Source: Terriglobia bacterium
GTDB taxonomy: Bacteria > Acidobacteriota > Terriglobia > JAJPHL01 > JAPKYU01
Direction: 5' to 3'
Assembly: GCA_965206645.1 (NCBI GenBank)
Contig: CBDBKE010000004.1
Coordinates: 1,600,001 to 1,664,000, forward strand
DNA: 64,000 nt
Numbering within the stretch: position 1 is the first letter of the stretch; each line of letters begins with the position of its first letter. A program made the position numbers and the translations under genes. Shown in pieces: positions 13,125-23,208 of the stretch. The notes beneath the pieces were generated by a model. The model searched no databases. It was not told the origin of the DNA and saw only the letters and a program-made list of their open reading frames with translations.

Positions 13125-14307
13125 TATAGGCCCCCGGCGCCGGGGGCCTATAGCCGAGCGCCGAGTGCGGCCGCACCGTGTTGTATTGCACCCTCCACTG
13201 TTCAATCACCACCTGTGCCTCCTTCAACGAGTAGAAGATCTCTCCATTCAGGCATTCGTCCCGCAGCTTCCCATTGAAACTCTCGCAGTACCCGTTCTCC
13301 CAGGGACTGCCCGGTTCGATGTACAGTGTCCCGGTCCCTAGATTTGCCAACCACTGGCGCAGTTGTTTGGCGATGAACTCGGGACCATTGTCGGATCGAA
13401 TCTGTTCCGGTATCCCTCGCCACAACATCACGTCCGACAACGCCTCAATGATTTGTTGGCTGCCCATTCTCCGCTCCACCCGGATCGCCAGGCATTCCCG
13501 CGTGTACTCATCCAGCAAGGTCAGCAGCCGCAGCGTTCTCCCCTCGTGCGTTCTGGCACTCATGAAGTCGTAGCTCCACACGTGGTTCGGTCGCTCCGGC
13601 CTCAGTCGTACACAGGAACCGTCGTTCAGCCACAGCCGTCCTCGCGGCCTTTGTTTTTGCGGCACTCTCAGCCCTTCCCGCCGCCAAATCCGCTGCACCC
13701 GGTCCTTGCCCACTTCCCAGCCCGCACTCCGCAGCAACGCTGTGATCCTCCGGTAGCCATATCGCCCGTACTTCGCTCCCAGGGCAATGATCGCTCGGGT
13801 CAGAGCATCCTCGTCCACCCGATGAATCGGCTCGTATCGTTGTGTCCCTCGCCATTGCCCCAGCAGCCGGCAGGCATGCCGTTCCGACAACCCGTGTTGC
13901 TCCCACGCACGCTCCACCGCACAACGCCGCCGCTCAGGGCTCAGAAGTTTCCCTGTGCCACATCCCGCAGTACCTGCTTCTCCAGAGAAAGCTCCGCTAC
14001 CAACCGCTTCAGCCGCGTGTTTTCCTTCTCCAACTCCTTTAGCCGTTTTGCCTGCACCACCTTCAGCCCGCCGTATTCCTTCCGCCACCGGTAGTAGGTT
14101 TGGGTGTGGATTCCAGCTTCTTTGCAGGCTTGGGGCGCAGTCTTCCCGTTCCCCATCTGCACTTCTATCTGCCGTAGCACCGCTACAATCTGCTCCGGCT
14201 TGTAACTCCTTGTCGGCATGACCTCACTTCCTCCTCAAGTGGATTCTCTCTCTTTCCACTTGGTACAAAAAGTGCCGGTCAGGTCAGTTTCCCGATGATT
14301 GCTTTAC

Positions 14308-14910
14308 TCAGGGAATGTTGGGCGCGGTGGCGTGAGCCAGAATCAGGGGCAGAATTCCAACCGGTACGAGGTGCTGCATGGACTGCATCCGAAAGCCGGC
14401 TTCGACCAGCGCTGCTTCGGTGTCGCGGTCCAGGTGGCAACCGCGCGCCAGTTTTTTCCAAGCCGGGGTCAGGCGCGCTTGCAAACGCGCCGTCGGCCGA
14501 TCAGAAGAGCGCACATGCTCGAGCAGCAGCAAATGGCCGCCGGGCCGCAGGACCCTGCGGATCTCGGCCAGCGCACGGGCCTGGTCCGTGACGGTGCACA
14601 GCACCAGCGTGGAGACGACCGTATCGAAGGAGCTGGCCGCGAAGGCCAGCCGTTCGGCGCAGGCCAGCACAGCTAGCGCGCCGCCACGACGTGCGCGGCG
14701 CAGCATGGCCCAATCGGGCTCGCTGAGCACCACCCGAGCATCTTTACCGGGGTGGCCGTAGTGCGCCAAATTCGCGCCCGTTCCGGCGCCGATTTCCAGC
14801 ACCCGGCCCTGGACCCGGGCCAGCAGTTCCCGACGCAGGCGACCGAGGTACAAGCGCTCCGCGGGCCACAGGACCGCATCGTACAGGGCTGCATGCAAAT
14901 GACCATTCAT
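14308..14910 (-). CDS. Class I SAM-dependent methyltransferase
   Basis: VLEIGAGTG, SFDTVVSTLVLCTV, RRVLRPGG, LEHVRS, GCHLDRD. Confidence 0.9.
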   Translation of the reverse strand: MNGHLHAALYDAVLWPAERLYLGRLRRELLARVQGRVLEIGAGTGANLAHYGHPGKDARVVLSEPDWAMLRRARRGGALAVLACAERLAFAASSFDTVVSTLVLCTVTDQARALAEIRRVLRPGGHLLLLEHVRSSDRPTARLQARLTPAWKKLARGCHLDRDTEAALVEAGFRMQSMQHLVPVGILPLILAHATAPNIP

Positions 14911-15045
14911 ATTGGCAAGCAGATACAGGTCATATTGGCAAGCAGATACAGGTCATATTGGCAAGCAGATACAGGTCATATTGGCAAGCAGATACAGGTC
15001 ATATTGGCAAGCAGTTACAGGTCATGTTGGCAAGCAGTTACAGGT
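14908..15045. repeat. 23-bp tandem repeat CATATTGGCAAGCAGATACAGGT x6 (last two copies diverged)
   Basis: Direct reading; there are no spacers between units. Confidence 0.95.
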
Positions 15046-15294
15046 CACGTTACAGGTCACGGCCGATCGCGGGGCGCGGATCTGGACGAAACCTCTTGGT
15101 CCAGCGACAGCCTCAGCCTGCCCGGGGCTTGGCCCCATACCCTAGAAGACGTATCACAATTGTCGGGGGAAGGTGAGTCGAAAGTCAAAGTGAGGAAATG
15201 GTACTGACGGTCTCTTCCCAGCAGCCAGCGCTGACCTTCGTAGGCCTCAATCACGAACGCCTTCTTTATAGATCCAGTTGGCAGATCCAGTTAG

Positions 15295-15324
15295 TTGACG
15301 GTATCTCTCAGGCTGTGTTAAAAG
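15295..15324 (+). promoter_or_regulatory. Putative sigma70 promoter of the nuo operon
   Basis: TTGACG, 17-18 nt, TGtTAAAAG; preceded by an AGATCCAGTT direct repeat. Confidence 0.4.
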
Positions 15325-15377
15325 TGCTGTTCTTGCACACTCCGCAGCATTGTTCCTCTAGCAAGTGCTAGCAGCAG

Positions 15378-16019
15378 ATGGCTGAAGAAGAAAAGAAACC
15401 CGCAGCAGGTGAAGGCGAAAAACCAGCGGCGAAGCCTCCGTCAGCAGCGGGGGGGACACAACCGGCGGGAGCGGCCGAGAAGCCGGCTGCGCCGCCCAAA
15501 CCTCCCAGCGGGCCTACGCCTCAGCCCTGGGACGACGAATTTTCCCGCCGCGCCCGGGAGCATTTGGGCGGCGGTATCCAGGAAAGTCTGACGTATCTGG
15601 GGCAGAACTATTTCCTGGTGGACGCCGGTTCAATCCTCAGCATCTGTCGTTACCTGAAACAGGAAGAGCAGTTCAACTTCCTGACGGATCTGACCGCTTT
15701 GGACGATCCCCAACGGGAAAAACGCTTTGATGTGATTTACCAGCTCTATTCCTTCCCCCACAACGTCCGGCTCAGGCTGAAGGCTCCCCTGGGAGAGAAG
15801 GAAAGCATCGAAAGCGTGGTGTCGCTTTGGGCCGCAGCCAACTGGCTGGAACGGGAAGCCTACGACATGTTCGGAATTCATTTCCGCGGCCACCCCGATC
15901 TGAGACGGATTTTGCTTCCCGAGGAGTGGCAGGGACACCCGTTGCGCAAGGACTATCATATCTTGCAGCAGGACGTGCAGTGGGTGCAGGAAAATCTGCA
16001 TATTGAAAGCGGCCAATAG
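15378..16019 (+). CDS. nuoC: NADH-quinone oxidoreductase subunit C
   Basis: [14 protein letters not shown]...HPDLRRIL...GHPLRKDY. Confidence 0.95.
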   Translation: MAEEEKKPAAGEGEKPAAKPPSAAGGTQPAGAAEKPAAPPKPPSGPTPQPWDDEFSRRAREHLGGGIQESLTYLGQNYFLVDAGSILSICRYLKQEEQFNFLTDLTALDDPQREKRFDVIYQLYSFPHNVRLRLKAPLGEKESIESVVSLWAAANWLEREAYDMFGIHFRGHPDLRRILLPEEWQGHPLRKDYHILQQDVQWVQENLHIESGQ

Positions 16020-16028
16020 CGCGCGAAC

Positions 16029-17165
16029 ATGGCTGAAGAAAAACAGATCGGGACCGCTGAAGCCACCTTCCTGGACGCGAATGAAATCGTATTGAACATG
16101 GGGCCGCAGCATCCCTCGACGCACGGGGTGTTGCGGGTGGTGCTGAAGCTGGATGGCGAGAAGGTGATGGGCTCAGAGTGTGTCATCGGGTACCTGCACC
16201 GCGGCGTGGAGAAGATCGCCGAGAATCGCACCTACGCGCAGTTCAACCCCTACGTGGACCGCATGGATTACGTTGCGGCGGTTTCCAACGGGCTGGGGTA
16301 TTGCGAGGCGGTGGAAAAGCTGCTGAATGCAACGGCGCCTCCGCGAGCGCAGTACGTCCGCGTCATCCTCACCGAATTGAACCGCATCGCCAGTCACCTG
16401 CTCTGGCTCGGGACCCACGCTCTGGATATCGGCGCGCTCACACCACTGTTTTACACCTTCCGTGAGCGCGAAGAGGTTCTGAAAATTTTCGAGAACTACT
16501 GCGGGGCGCGTCTGACGACCCACGCCTTTCGCATCGGCGGCCTCCAGTATGAGACTTACGACGGATTCGAGGAGCAGGTGAAAGCTTTCTGCAACGATTT
16601 GCCCCAGAAGCTTGATGAGTATGAAGCGCTGTTGACGACCAACCGCATCTGGGTGGGGCGGACGCGGGGCGTGGGGGTGCTGACCGCCGAGGACGCCATC
16701 GATCTGGGCGTGACGGGACCGCTGCTGCGCGCCTCCGGGGTCAAGTGGGATATTCGCAAGGCGCAGCCTTACGCGGCCTACAACGATTTCGATTTTGAGA
16801 TTCCGGTCGGAGAGTCCGGCGATACCTACGACCGATATCTAGTGCGCATGGAGGAGATGCGCCAGGCGCGGCGCATCATCCTGCAGGCGGTGGACCGCAT
16901 CCCTGACGGGACGATCCTGGCCCGGGTTCCCAAGGTGATCAAGCCGCCGGTGGGCGAGGTCTACCATTCGATCGAAGCGCCCAAGGGGGAACTGGGTTAC
17001 TTGGTCGCCAGCGACGGCAGCACCCAGCCGTACCGATGCCGGGTTCGCCCTCCTTCCTTCGTAAACTTGCAGGCGCTGGACCGGATGGTGCGCGGGCAGC
17101 TGCTGGCCGACGTGGTGGCGATTATCGGCACGATTGATATTGTGCTCGGGGAGGTGGACCGCTAG
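16029..17165 (+). CDS. nuoD: NADH-quinone oxidoreductase subunit D
   Basis: [36 protein letters not shown]. Confidence 0.97.
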   Translation: MAEEKQIGTAEATFLDANEIVLNMGPQHPSTHGVLRVVLKLDGEKVMGSECVIGYLHRGVEKIAENRTYAQFNPYVDRMDYVAAVSNGLGYCEAVEKLLNATAPPRAQYVRVILTELNRIASHLLWLGTHALDIGALTPLFYTFREREEVLKIFENYCGARLTTHAFRIGGLQYETYDGFEEQVKAFCNDLPQKLDEYEALLTTNRIWVGRTRGVGVLTAEDAIDLGVTGPLLRASGVKWDIRKAQPYAAYNDFDFEIPVGESGDTYDRYLVRMEEMRQARRIILQAVDRIPDGTILARVPKVIKPPVGEVYHSIEAPKGELGYLVASDGSTQPYRCRVRPPSFVNLQALDRMVRGQLLADVVAIIGTIDIVLGEVDR

Positions 17166-17201
17166 CGCCATGCAGCCGGCGCGATTCCCGCGATTCCAAG
17201 A

Positions 17202-18485
17202 TTGATGCTGAGCTTTCAGTTGCCCTTCCCGATCGAGCCCTACAAGCCTTACATCCTCATGGCCTTGGTGGTGATGGTGTTTCCCCTGGTGGCCGGCTAC
17301 ATGGTGTTGCTGGAGCGCAAGCTCATGGCCGACATGCAGGCTCGGCTCGGCCCCATGCGAGTGGGGCCTCACGGGCTGCTGCAACCCATCGCCGACGCTC
17401 TAAAGCTGCTCCTGAAAGAGGACATCATCCCCGGGATGGTGGACAAATGGGTGTTCTGGCTGGCGCCCATCCTGTCCGTGACCACTGCGCTGGTGGCCTT
17501 CTCAGTGATTCCTTTTGGCGAGAACATTTACATCGCTGACCTGAACATTGGTGTCCTGTTCCTGCTGGCGGTCACCTCCGTGGGCGTTCTGGGAATCATC
17601 CTGGGCGGGTGGGCCTCCAACAGCCACTACCCTTTGCTGGGGGCGCTACGCTCTACGGCGCAGATGGTCAGCTACGAGGTGGTGATGGGGTTCGCGATCA
17701 TTTCGGTCCTGTTGATGGCCGGGACCCTCAGCATGGTGGAGATTGTGAAGGCGCAGGCTGAGGGCCAAAGGTGGTTATTATTCGGGACCAGCAACTGGCT
17801 ATTGCCCTTCAGCCTGATTGCCTTTTTCATGTACCTGGTGGCGGGCATGGCGGAGACCAATCGCGCGCCCTTTGACCTGCCGGAAGCCGAATCAGAGCTG
17901 GTCGCTGGATACATGACCGAGTATAGCGGCTTCCGCTGGTCGCTGTTTTTCCTGGCCGAATACGCCAACATCTTCATCGTGACTTCCATTGCGGTGACGA
18001 TCTTCCTAGGCGGCTGGTTGCGCCCTTTTCCCAATGTGCGCGGTCTGGATTGGCTGGATTACGTCGCACCAATCGGCTTGCTACTGCTGCTGGCCGCGCT
18101 GTGCCTGTATCTGGCGGTTCCGCCTTGGATGCAAAACGCTGTGCGGGGAGCATTGGTTCGTGGAGCCAGGCGCAGTCCGGAGCAGGTCAGCTACCCGCGC
18201 CAGAAGCGGCCGGCTGACCGGCTGATTATGGCCGCGCTCGGGGTTGCGTTCCTGACCGTGGCTGCATTGTTTGCTTGGCCGGCGTTTAACCAATTGGCCC
18301 GCGGCCTGTTCTGGTTCCTGGCCAAGGTGACGGCCGTCGTCTACTCCTTCATTTGGTTCCGGTTCACGTTCCCGCGGTTCCGCTACGACCAGTTGATGCG
18401 ACTGGGCTGGCAGCTGATGATTCCGCTAGGCATCCTAAACGTGATTGCCGTGGCGATTGTGCTGGCTTTGACTAGCCAGACTTAA
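17202..18485 (+). CDS. nuoH: NADH-quinone oxidoreductase subunit H
   Basis: RLGPMRVGPHGLLQPIADALK, AETNRAPFDLPEAESEL, PRFRYDQLM; start codon uncertain. Confidence 0.95.
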   Translation: MMLSFQLPFPIEPYKPYILMALVVMVFPLVAGYMVLLERKLMADMQARLGPMRVGPHGLLQPIADALKLLLKEDIIPGMVDKWVFWLAPILSVTTALVAFSVIPFGENIYIADLNIGVLFLLAVTSVGVLGIILGGWASNSHYPLLGALRSTAQMVSYEVVMGFAIISVLLMAGTLSMVEIVKAQAEGQRWLLFGTSNWLLPFSLIAFFMYLVAGMAETNRAPFDLPEAESELVAGYMTEYSGFRWSLFFLAEYANIFIVTSIAVTIFLGGWLRPFPNVRGLDWLDYVAPIGLLLLLAALCLYLAVPPWMQNAVRGALVRGARRSPEQVSYPRQKRPADRLIMAALGVAFLTVAALFAWPAFNQLARGLFWFLAKVTAVVYSFIWFRFTFPRFRYDQLMRLGWQLMIPLGILNVIAVAIVLALTSQT

Positions 18486-18517
18486 AGCGGCTGAAGCCGC
18501 AGATTACGAGGCTTTGC

Positions 18518-19039
18518 ATGGCCGATACGGTTTTCTTCTACATCTTCGCGGCCATTATCCTGGGGGGCGCGGTGCTGACCATTACCCGCCGCAACGCCGT
18601 GCACAGCGCCATCTTCTTGATCGCTACGCTGCTGGGAATTGCCGGGCTGTACCTGCACCTGCATGCCGAGTTTCTGGCCGCCGTGCAGGTCATCCTCTAC
18701 GTGGGCGGGATCATGGTGCTGTTTCTGTTTGTGATCATGCTGGTGGACCTGGACGAGGCGGTCCGGTTACCCCAGTTCAACCGGCAGTGGTGGCTGGCGC
18801 TGGTGGCAGCGGTCGTCATGCTGGCCGAGTTGGGCTACGGCATCTACCGGGGCGGCGAGGCCTTCCGCTTTGACGCGAGGGCGGCCGCCGCTGTCCAGGC
18901 CGGCGCCGGAGCCCTGGGCAACACCCAGGCGGTCGGCAACGCGCTTTATCAGAACTACATGCTGCCGTTTGAAATCGCCTCCATCATGCTGCTGGTGGCG
19001 ATGGTGGGGGCGGTGGTGATGGCCAAGAAGCAGCTCTGA
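18518..19039 (+). CDS. nuoJ: NADH-quinone oxidoreductase subunit J
   Basis: QVILYVGGIMVLFLFVIML, LPFEIAS. Confidence 0.95.
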   Translation: MADTVFFYIFAAIILGGAVLTITRRNAVHSAIFLIATLLGIAGLYLHLHAEFLAAVQVILYVGGIMVLFLFVIMLVDLDEAVRLPQFNRQWWLALVAAVVMLAELGYGIYRGGEAFRFDARAAAAVQAGAGALGNTQAVGNALYQNYMLPFEIASIMLLVAMVGAVVMAKKQL

Positions 19040-19046
19040 GGCGTCC

Positions 19047-19352
19047 ATGAATATACCGGTTACCCATTACCTGTTTCTTTCCACCGCGCTGCTCACCGTG
19101 GGTGTCATCGGGGTGCTAACCCGCCGCAACCTGGTCATCATCCTGATGTCCATTGAGCTGATCCTAAACGCGGTCAACATCAACCTGGTGGCGTTCTCCC
19201 GACAATTGGCTGATGTGAATGGCCAGGCCTTTGCCGTCTTCATCATCGCCGACGCCGCTGCCGAAGCGGCCGTCGGCCTGGGCATTATCATTGCCTTCTT
19301 CCGGAACAAGGGCACCATCCTGGCCGACGAGGTGGACCTGCTGAAGTGGTGA
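19047..19352 (+). CDS. nuoK: NADH-quinone oxidoreductase subunit K
   Basis: RRNLVIILMSIELILNA, AAAEAAVGL. Confidence 0.95.
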   Translation: MNIPVTHYLFLSTALLTVGVIGVLTRRNLVIILMSIELILNAVNINLVAFSRQLADVNGQAFAVFIIADAAAEAAVGLGIIIAFFRNKGTILADEVDLLKW

Positions 19353-19353
19353 G

Positions 19354-21420
19354 ATGAGTTCCTTCCTGGAATATTGCTGGCTGGTCCCGCTGTTTCCGCT
19401 GCTGGGCGCGGTGCTGATGTTGTTCTTCGGGCGCGCGCTGGAACGCGCGGGCCGCCGCTCGACCATCAGCGTGCTGTGCCCGGGGCTGGTGGGCCTCTCT
19501 TTCGTTTTCGCGCTGGGCGCGGTGCTGGAACTGGCCTCCCGGGCCGGTCACACTTTCGAGAAGACGCTTTTCACCTGGATCGCCGGGTTACCCTTCCACA
19601 TGGCGAACGGCCAGATCGCTCGGTTCGAGGCCGCCTGGGGCGTGCTGCTGGATCCGCTCTCGTCGGTGATGGTGCTGGCAGTCAGCTTCGTCGGCTTTCT
19701 GATCCACGTCTACTCGGTCGGCTACATGGCCCATGAAGGCGGCTATTACCGCTACTTCGGCTACCTGAACCTGTTCATGTTCGCCATGTTGACGCTGGTC
19801 CTGGCCAACAACTACGCCTTGATGTTCGTGGGCTGGGAAGGCGTGGGGTTGTGCTCGTACCTGCTGATCGGCTTCTGGTTTCAGCGGAAGTCAGCGTCGG
19901 ATGCGGGCAAGAAGGCGTTCGTGGTGAACCGGGTCGGCGACGCGGCGTTTCTGCTGGGGATGCTGTTGACCTTTGCCACTTTCGGGACGGTGGCGTTCAG
20001 TCAGGTGAATGAAGCGGCGCGCAGCGGTTTGTTCTCGGTGGGCGATGCTACGATCACCGCCATCACCCTGCTGTTCTTTGTGGGGGCGGCCGGCAAGTCG
20101 GCCCAGATTCCACTCTACACCTGGCTTCCCGATGCGATGGAAGGCCCCACGCCGGTCAGCGCTCTGATTCACGCGGCCACCATGGTGACGGCCGGCGTTT
20201 ACATGGTGGCGCGCTCCAGCCCCCTGTACTTGCTGGCGCCGACCAGCATGAAGACGGTGGCGGTGGTCGGCGCGCTTACGGCGATCTTCGCTGCTTCGAT
20301 CGGACTGGTGCAGAACGACATCAAGCGCGTGCTGGCCTACTCCACCGTCAGCCAGCTCGGCTACATGTTCATGGCCTGCGGGGTGGGAGCTTTTGGCGCC
20401 GGCATCTTCCACCTTTCCACGCATGCCTACTTCAAGGCGCTGCTGTTTCTCGGCGCCGGTAGCGTGATCCACGCCCTTTCGGGCGAGCAGGACCTGCGCA
20501 AGATGGGTGCGTTGAAGGACAAGATTCCCTGGACCTTCCGCTTCTTTGCGGTGGCTGCGCTCGCGATCATCGGGATTCCGCCGCTGGCCGGATTTTTCAG
20601 CAAGGATGAGATTCTGTGGGGGGCTTGGTCGAACGCCCAGTACGGCTCGAAAGCCCTGTGGCTGGTCGGATTCCTGACGGCGGGGATGACCGCGTTCTAC
20701 ATGTGGCGGCTGGTCTTCCTGACCTTCTGGGGCCGCTCGCGCGTGGACCACCAGGTGGAGGAGCACATCCATGAATCGCCGCGGGTGATGCTGGTGCCGC
20801 TGGGGGTGCTGGCGGTGCTGTCAGTGGTCGGCGGCTGGATCGGCTGGCCGGCGAGCCTGGGCGGGTCGAACTGGTTGGAGCACTGGCTGGCGCCGGCGTT
20901 CCGGAACTCGGCGGCTGTTCGAGCCGTGGCAGCTCCGGAAGCGCATCATGATCCGTTTGAATACGTCCTGATGCTCCTGGCGATCGGGCTGGCGGGAGCG
21001 GGCGTGTATGTGGCCTATCAGCTGTACCACCGCCGACCGGAGCGCGCCGATCAACTTCAGGCGCAGTTTCGCCCGGCCTACAACGTGCTTTTGAACAAGT
21101 ACTACGTGGATGAGCTCTACAGCGCCGTGTTTGTCGAGGGACCAGTGCTCGGCAAAAAGATGGGCGCAGCGATGTCCACCTTTGACGAACGCGTCGTCGA
21201 CGGCGGGGTCAACGGCGCCGGCTGGCTGACCCGCTTCATCAGCACGCTTTCGATCTGGTGGGACACCTGGGTGGTGGACGGCGCGGTCAACCTGGTGGCT
21301 TTCACCACTAAGGTGGCCTCGTTCCCGATGCGGTTGATCCAGACCGGCTTTGTGCAGAGTTACGCCCTGCTAATGGTGCTGGGCGTGCTGACTTTTTTGG
21401 GGTATTACCTGTTCCGGTAG
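19354..21420 (+). CDS. nuoL: NADH-quinone oxidoreductase subunit L
   Basis: GWEGVGLCSYLLIGFW, GKSAQIPLYTWLPDAMEGPTPVSALIHAATMV. Confidence 0.96.
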   Translation: MSSFLEYCWLVPLFPLLGAVLMLFFGRALERAGRRSTISVLCPGLVGLSFVFALGAVLELASRAGHTFEKTLFTWIAGLPFHMANGQIARFEAAWGVLLDPLSSVMVLAVSFVGFLIHVYSVGYMAHEGGYYRYFGYLNLFMFAMLTLVLANNYALMFVGWEGVGLCSYLLIGFWFQRKSASDAGKKAFVVNRVGDAAFLLGMLLTFATFGTVAFSQVNEAARSGLFSVGDATITAITLLFFVGAAGKSAQIPLYTWLPDAMEGPTPVSALIHAATMVTAGVYMVARSSPLYLLAPTSMKTVAVVGALTAIFAASIGLVQNDIKRVLAYSTVSQLGYMFMACGVGAFGAGIFHLSTHAYFKALLFLGAGSVIHALSGEQDLRKMGALKDKIPWTFRFFAVAALAIIGIPPLAGFFSKDEILWGAWSNAQYGSKALWLVGFLTAGMTAFYMWRLVFLTFWGRSRVDHQVEEHIHESPRVMLVPLGVLAVLSVVGGWIGWPASLGGSNWLEHWLAPAFRNSAAVRAVAAPEAHHDPFEYVLMLLAIGLAGAGVYVAYQLYHRRPERADQLQAQFRPAYNVLLNKYYVDELYSAVFVEGPVLGKKMGAAMSTFDERVVDGGVNGAGWLTRFISTLSIWWDTWVVDGAVNLVAFTTKVASFPMRLIQTGFVQSYALLMVLGVLTFLGYYLFR

Positions 21421-21468
21421 TGGCTGGCTTGCGCAGCCCAGAAGGGGCGGCGCGGGGTGTGAGAAAAC

Positions 21469-23112
21469 ATGGAATTTTTCTACCGCAACATCCTGACGAT
21501 TACGCTGTTCACCCCGCTGGTGGGCGCCTTGGTGATCATGCTGCTGCCCAAGGAGGGCAAGGACACCATCCGCTGGGTGGGAAACGTTTTCGCGTTCCTG
21601 GGCTTTCTGATTTCGCTGGCGCTGATCTTCTGGTTCGACGCCGACCAGGGCGGCTTCCAGTTCGTCAAGCAGGTTGAGTGGATCCCCACAATCGGCGCCC
21701 AATATCATCTGGGGATTGACGGCATCAGCCTGCTGATGGTGCTGCTGACCACGTTGCTGGGCTTCCTCTCCATCCTTTCCTCCTGGACAGCGATTGGGGA
21801 GCGGGTCAAGGAATACTACGCCTTCTTCCTGATTCTGCAGACCGGGATGCTGGGCGTGTTCATGTCGCTGGACTTCTTCTTGTTCTACGTCTTCTGGGAA
21901 GTGATGCTGGTGCCGATGTACTTCCTGATCGGCATTTGGGGCAGCCCGGGACCGCGACGGTTGTATGCCGCCATCAAGTTCTTCCTCTTCACCCTGTTCG
22001 GCTCGGTGCTGCTGCTGCTGGGCATTCTGGCGCTCTATTCCGGCTATTACGAAGAGTTCGGTTCCCGCACCTTTGACATCACCCGGTTGATGGACTTGAA
22101 CCTGCCGCTCAAGACCCAGATCGCGATCTTCGTATTGTTCGGCGTCGGCTTCGCTATCAAGGTGCCGATGTTCCTCCTCCACACCTGGCTACCGGACGCG
22201 CACACCGAGGCGCCCACGGCCGGCTCGGTGATCCTGGCCGGCGTCCTGCTGAAGATGGGCACCTACGGGTTCGTCCGCTTCTCGCTGCCGCTGCTGCCCG
22301 ACGCCTCGGCCGACGCCTGGGTCGTTGGAGTGATGGTAGTGTTCTCGATTATCGCCATTATCTACGGCGCGCTGGTCAGCCTGATGCAGAAGGACTGGAA
22401 GAGGCTGGTGGCCTACAGCTCGGTCAGCCACCTGGGGTTCTGCACGCTGGGTTTGTTCGCGCTCAATCCCAACGGCATCGCCGGCAGCATCCTGCAGCAG
22501 ATCAACCATGGCATCACCACCGGCGCACTGTTCTTGATCGTGGGCATTGTGTATGAGCGGCGGCACACGCGCGAGATCTCCGAGTATGGCGGGCTCTCCA
22601 GCGTCATGCCCGTTCATGCCACCATCTTCATGATTATCACCATGGCCTCGATCGGGGTGCCGGGGCTGAACGGGTTCATCGGCGAGTTCACCATTTTGCA
22701 GGGGGTCTTCGAGGTGAGCTGGATATGGGCCGCGTTCGCGGTGCTCGGCATCGTGCTCGGCGCTGCTTACATGCTCTGGCTCTACCAGCGCACTATGTTC
22801 GGGCCCGTCACCAACGCGAAGAACGAAAAGCTACCGGACCTGAACGTGCGCGAACTGGTCACCTTGGTGCCGCTGGTCATCCTGGCGTTCTGGATCGGGC
22901 TGTATCCCAAGCCCTACTTCCGGATTCTGGAAAAGCCGGTGGCCCAGATCGTGGAACGTGTGCGGCCGGGCTATTACGCCCAGCGGGGGATTCCGTCGCC
23001 GTTGGAGGGAGTGCCGGCTGGGCAGTCCGGGGGCACAGCAGTCGCGGAAACTGCGGGCGCCAGCGCGCCGCCCAGCGTGCCGTTCAACGTACCGCCCAAC
23101 GTGCCGGAATGA
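21469..23112 (+). CDS. nuoM: NADH-quinone oxidoreductase subunit M
   Basis: FWEVMLVPMY, HTWLPDAHTEAPTAGS, AYSSVSH. Confidence 0.96.
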   Translation: MEFFYRNILTITLFTPLVGALVIMLLPKEGKDTIRWVGNVFAFLGFLISLALIFWFDADQGGFQFVKQVEWIPTIGAQYHLGIDGISLLMVLLTTLLGFLSILSSWTAIGERVKEYYAFFLILQTGMLGVFMSLDFFLFYVFWEVMLVPMYFLIGIWGSPGPRRLYAAIKFFLFTLFGSVLLLLGILALYSGYYEEFGSRTFDITRLMDLNLPLKTQIAIFVLFGVGFAIKVPMFLLHTWLPDAHTEAPTAGSVILAGVLLKMGTYGFVRFSLPLLPDASADAWVVGVMVVFSIIAIIYGALVSLMQKDWKRLVAYSSVSHLGFCTLGLFALNPNGIAGSILQQINHGITTGALFLIVGIVYERRHTREISEYGGLSSVMPVHATIFMIITMASIGVPGLNGFIGEFTILQGVFEVSWIWAAFAVLGIVLGAAYMLWLYQRTMFGPVTNAKNEKLPDLNVRELVTLVPLVILAFWIGLYPKPYFRILEKPVAQIVERVRPGYYAQRGIPSPLEGVPAGQSGGTAVAETAGASAPPSVPFNVPPNVPE

Positions 23113-23208
23113 GCTGGCAGCGTGCGGTTGGCGGCCGCCGGGGCAGACGGCGATCCGTGTGGACTGGATCCCGTAAGGACTGGGCCGCGTGTGACTGGAC
23201 ATAGTTGA

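Larger units (their letters stand above)
11639..14286 (-). mobile_element. IS3-family element, copy 2 (inverted; orfA 13941-14219), interrupted near the orfB 3' end by IS1182
   Basis: Near-identical reverse complement of 3322-4625, same IRs. Confidence 0.95.

Noticed and set aside
14908-15045. Possible CRISPR array
   Set aside because: The 23-bp units are head-to-tail with no unique spacers, and no cas genes are present
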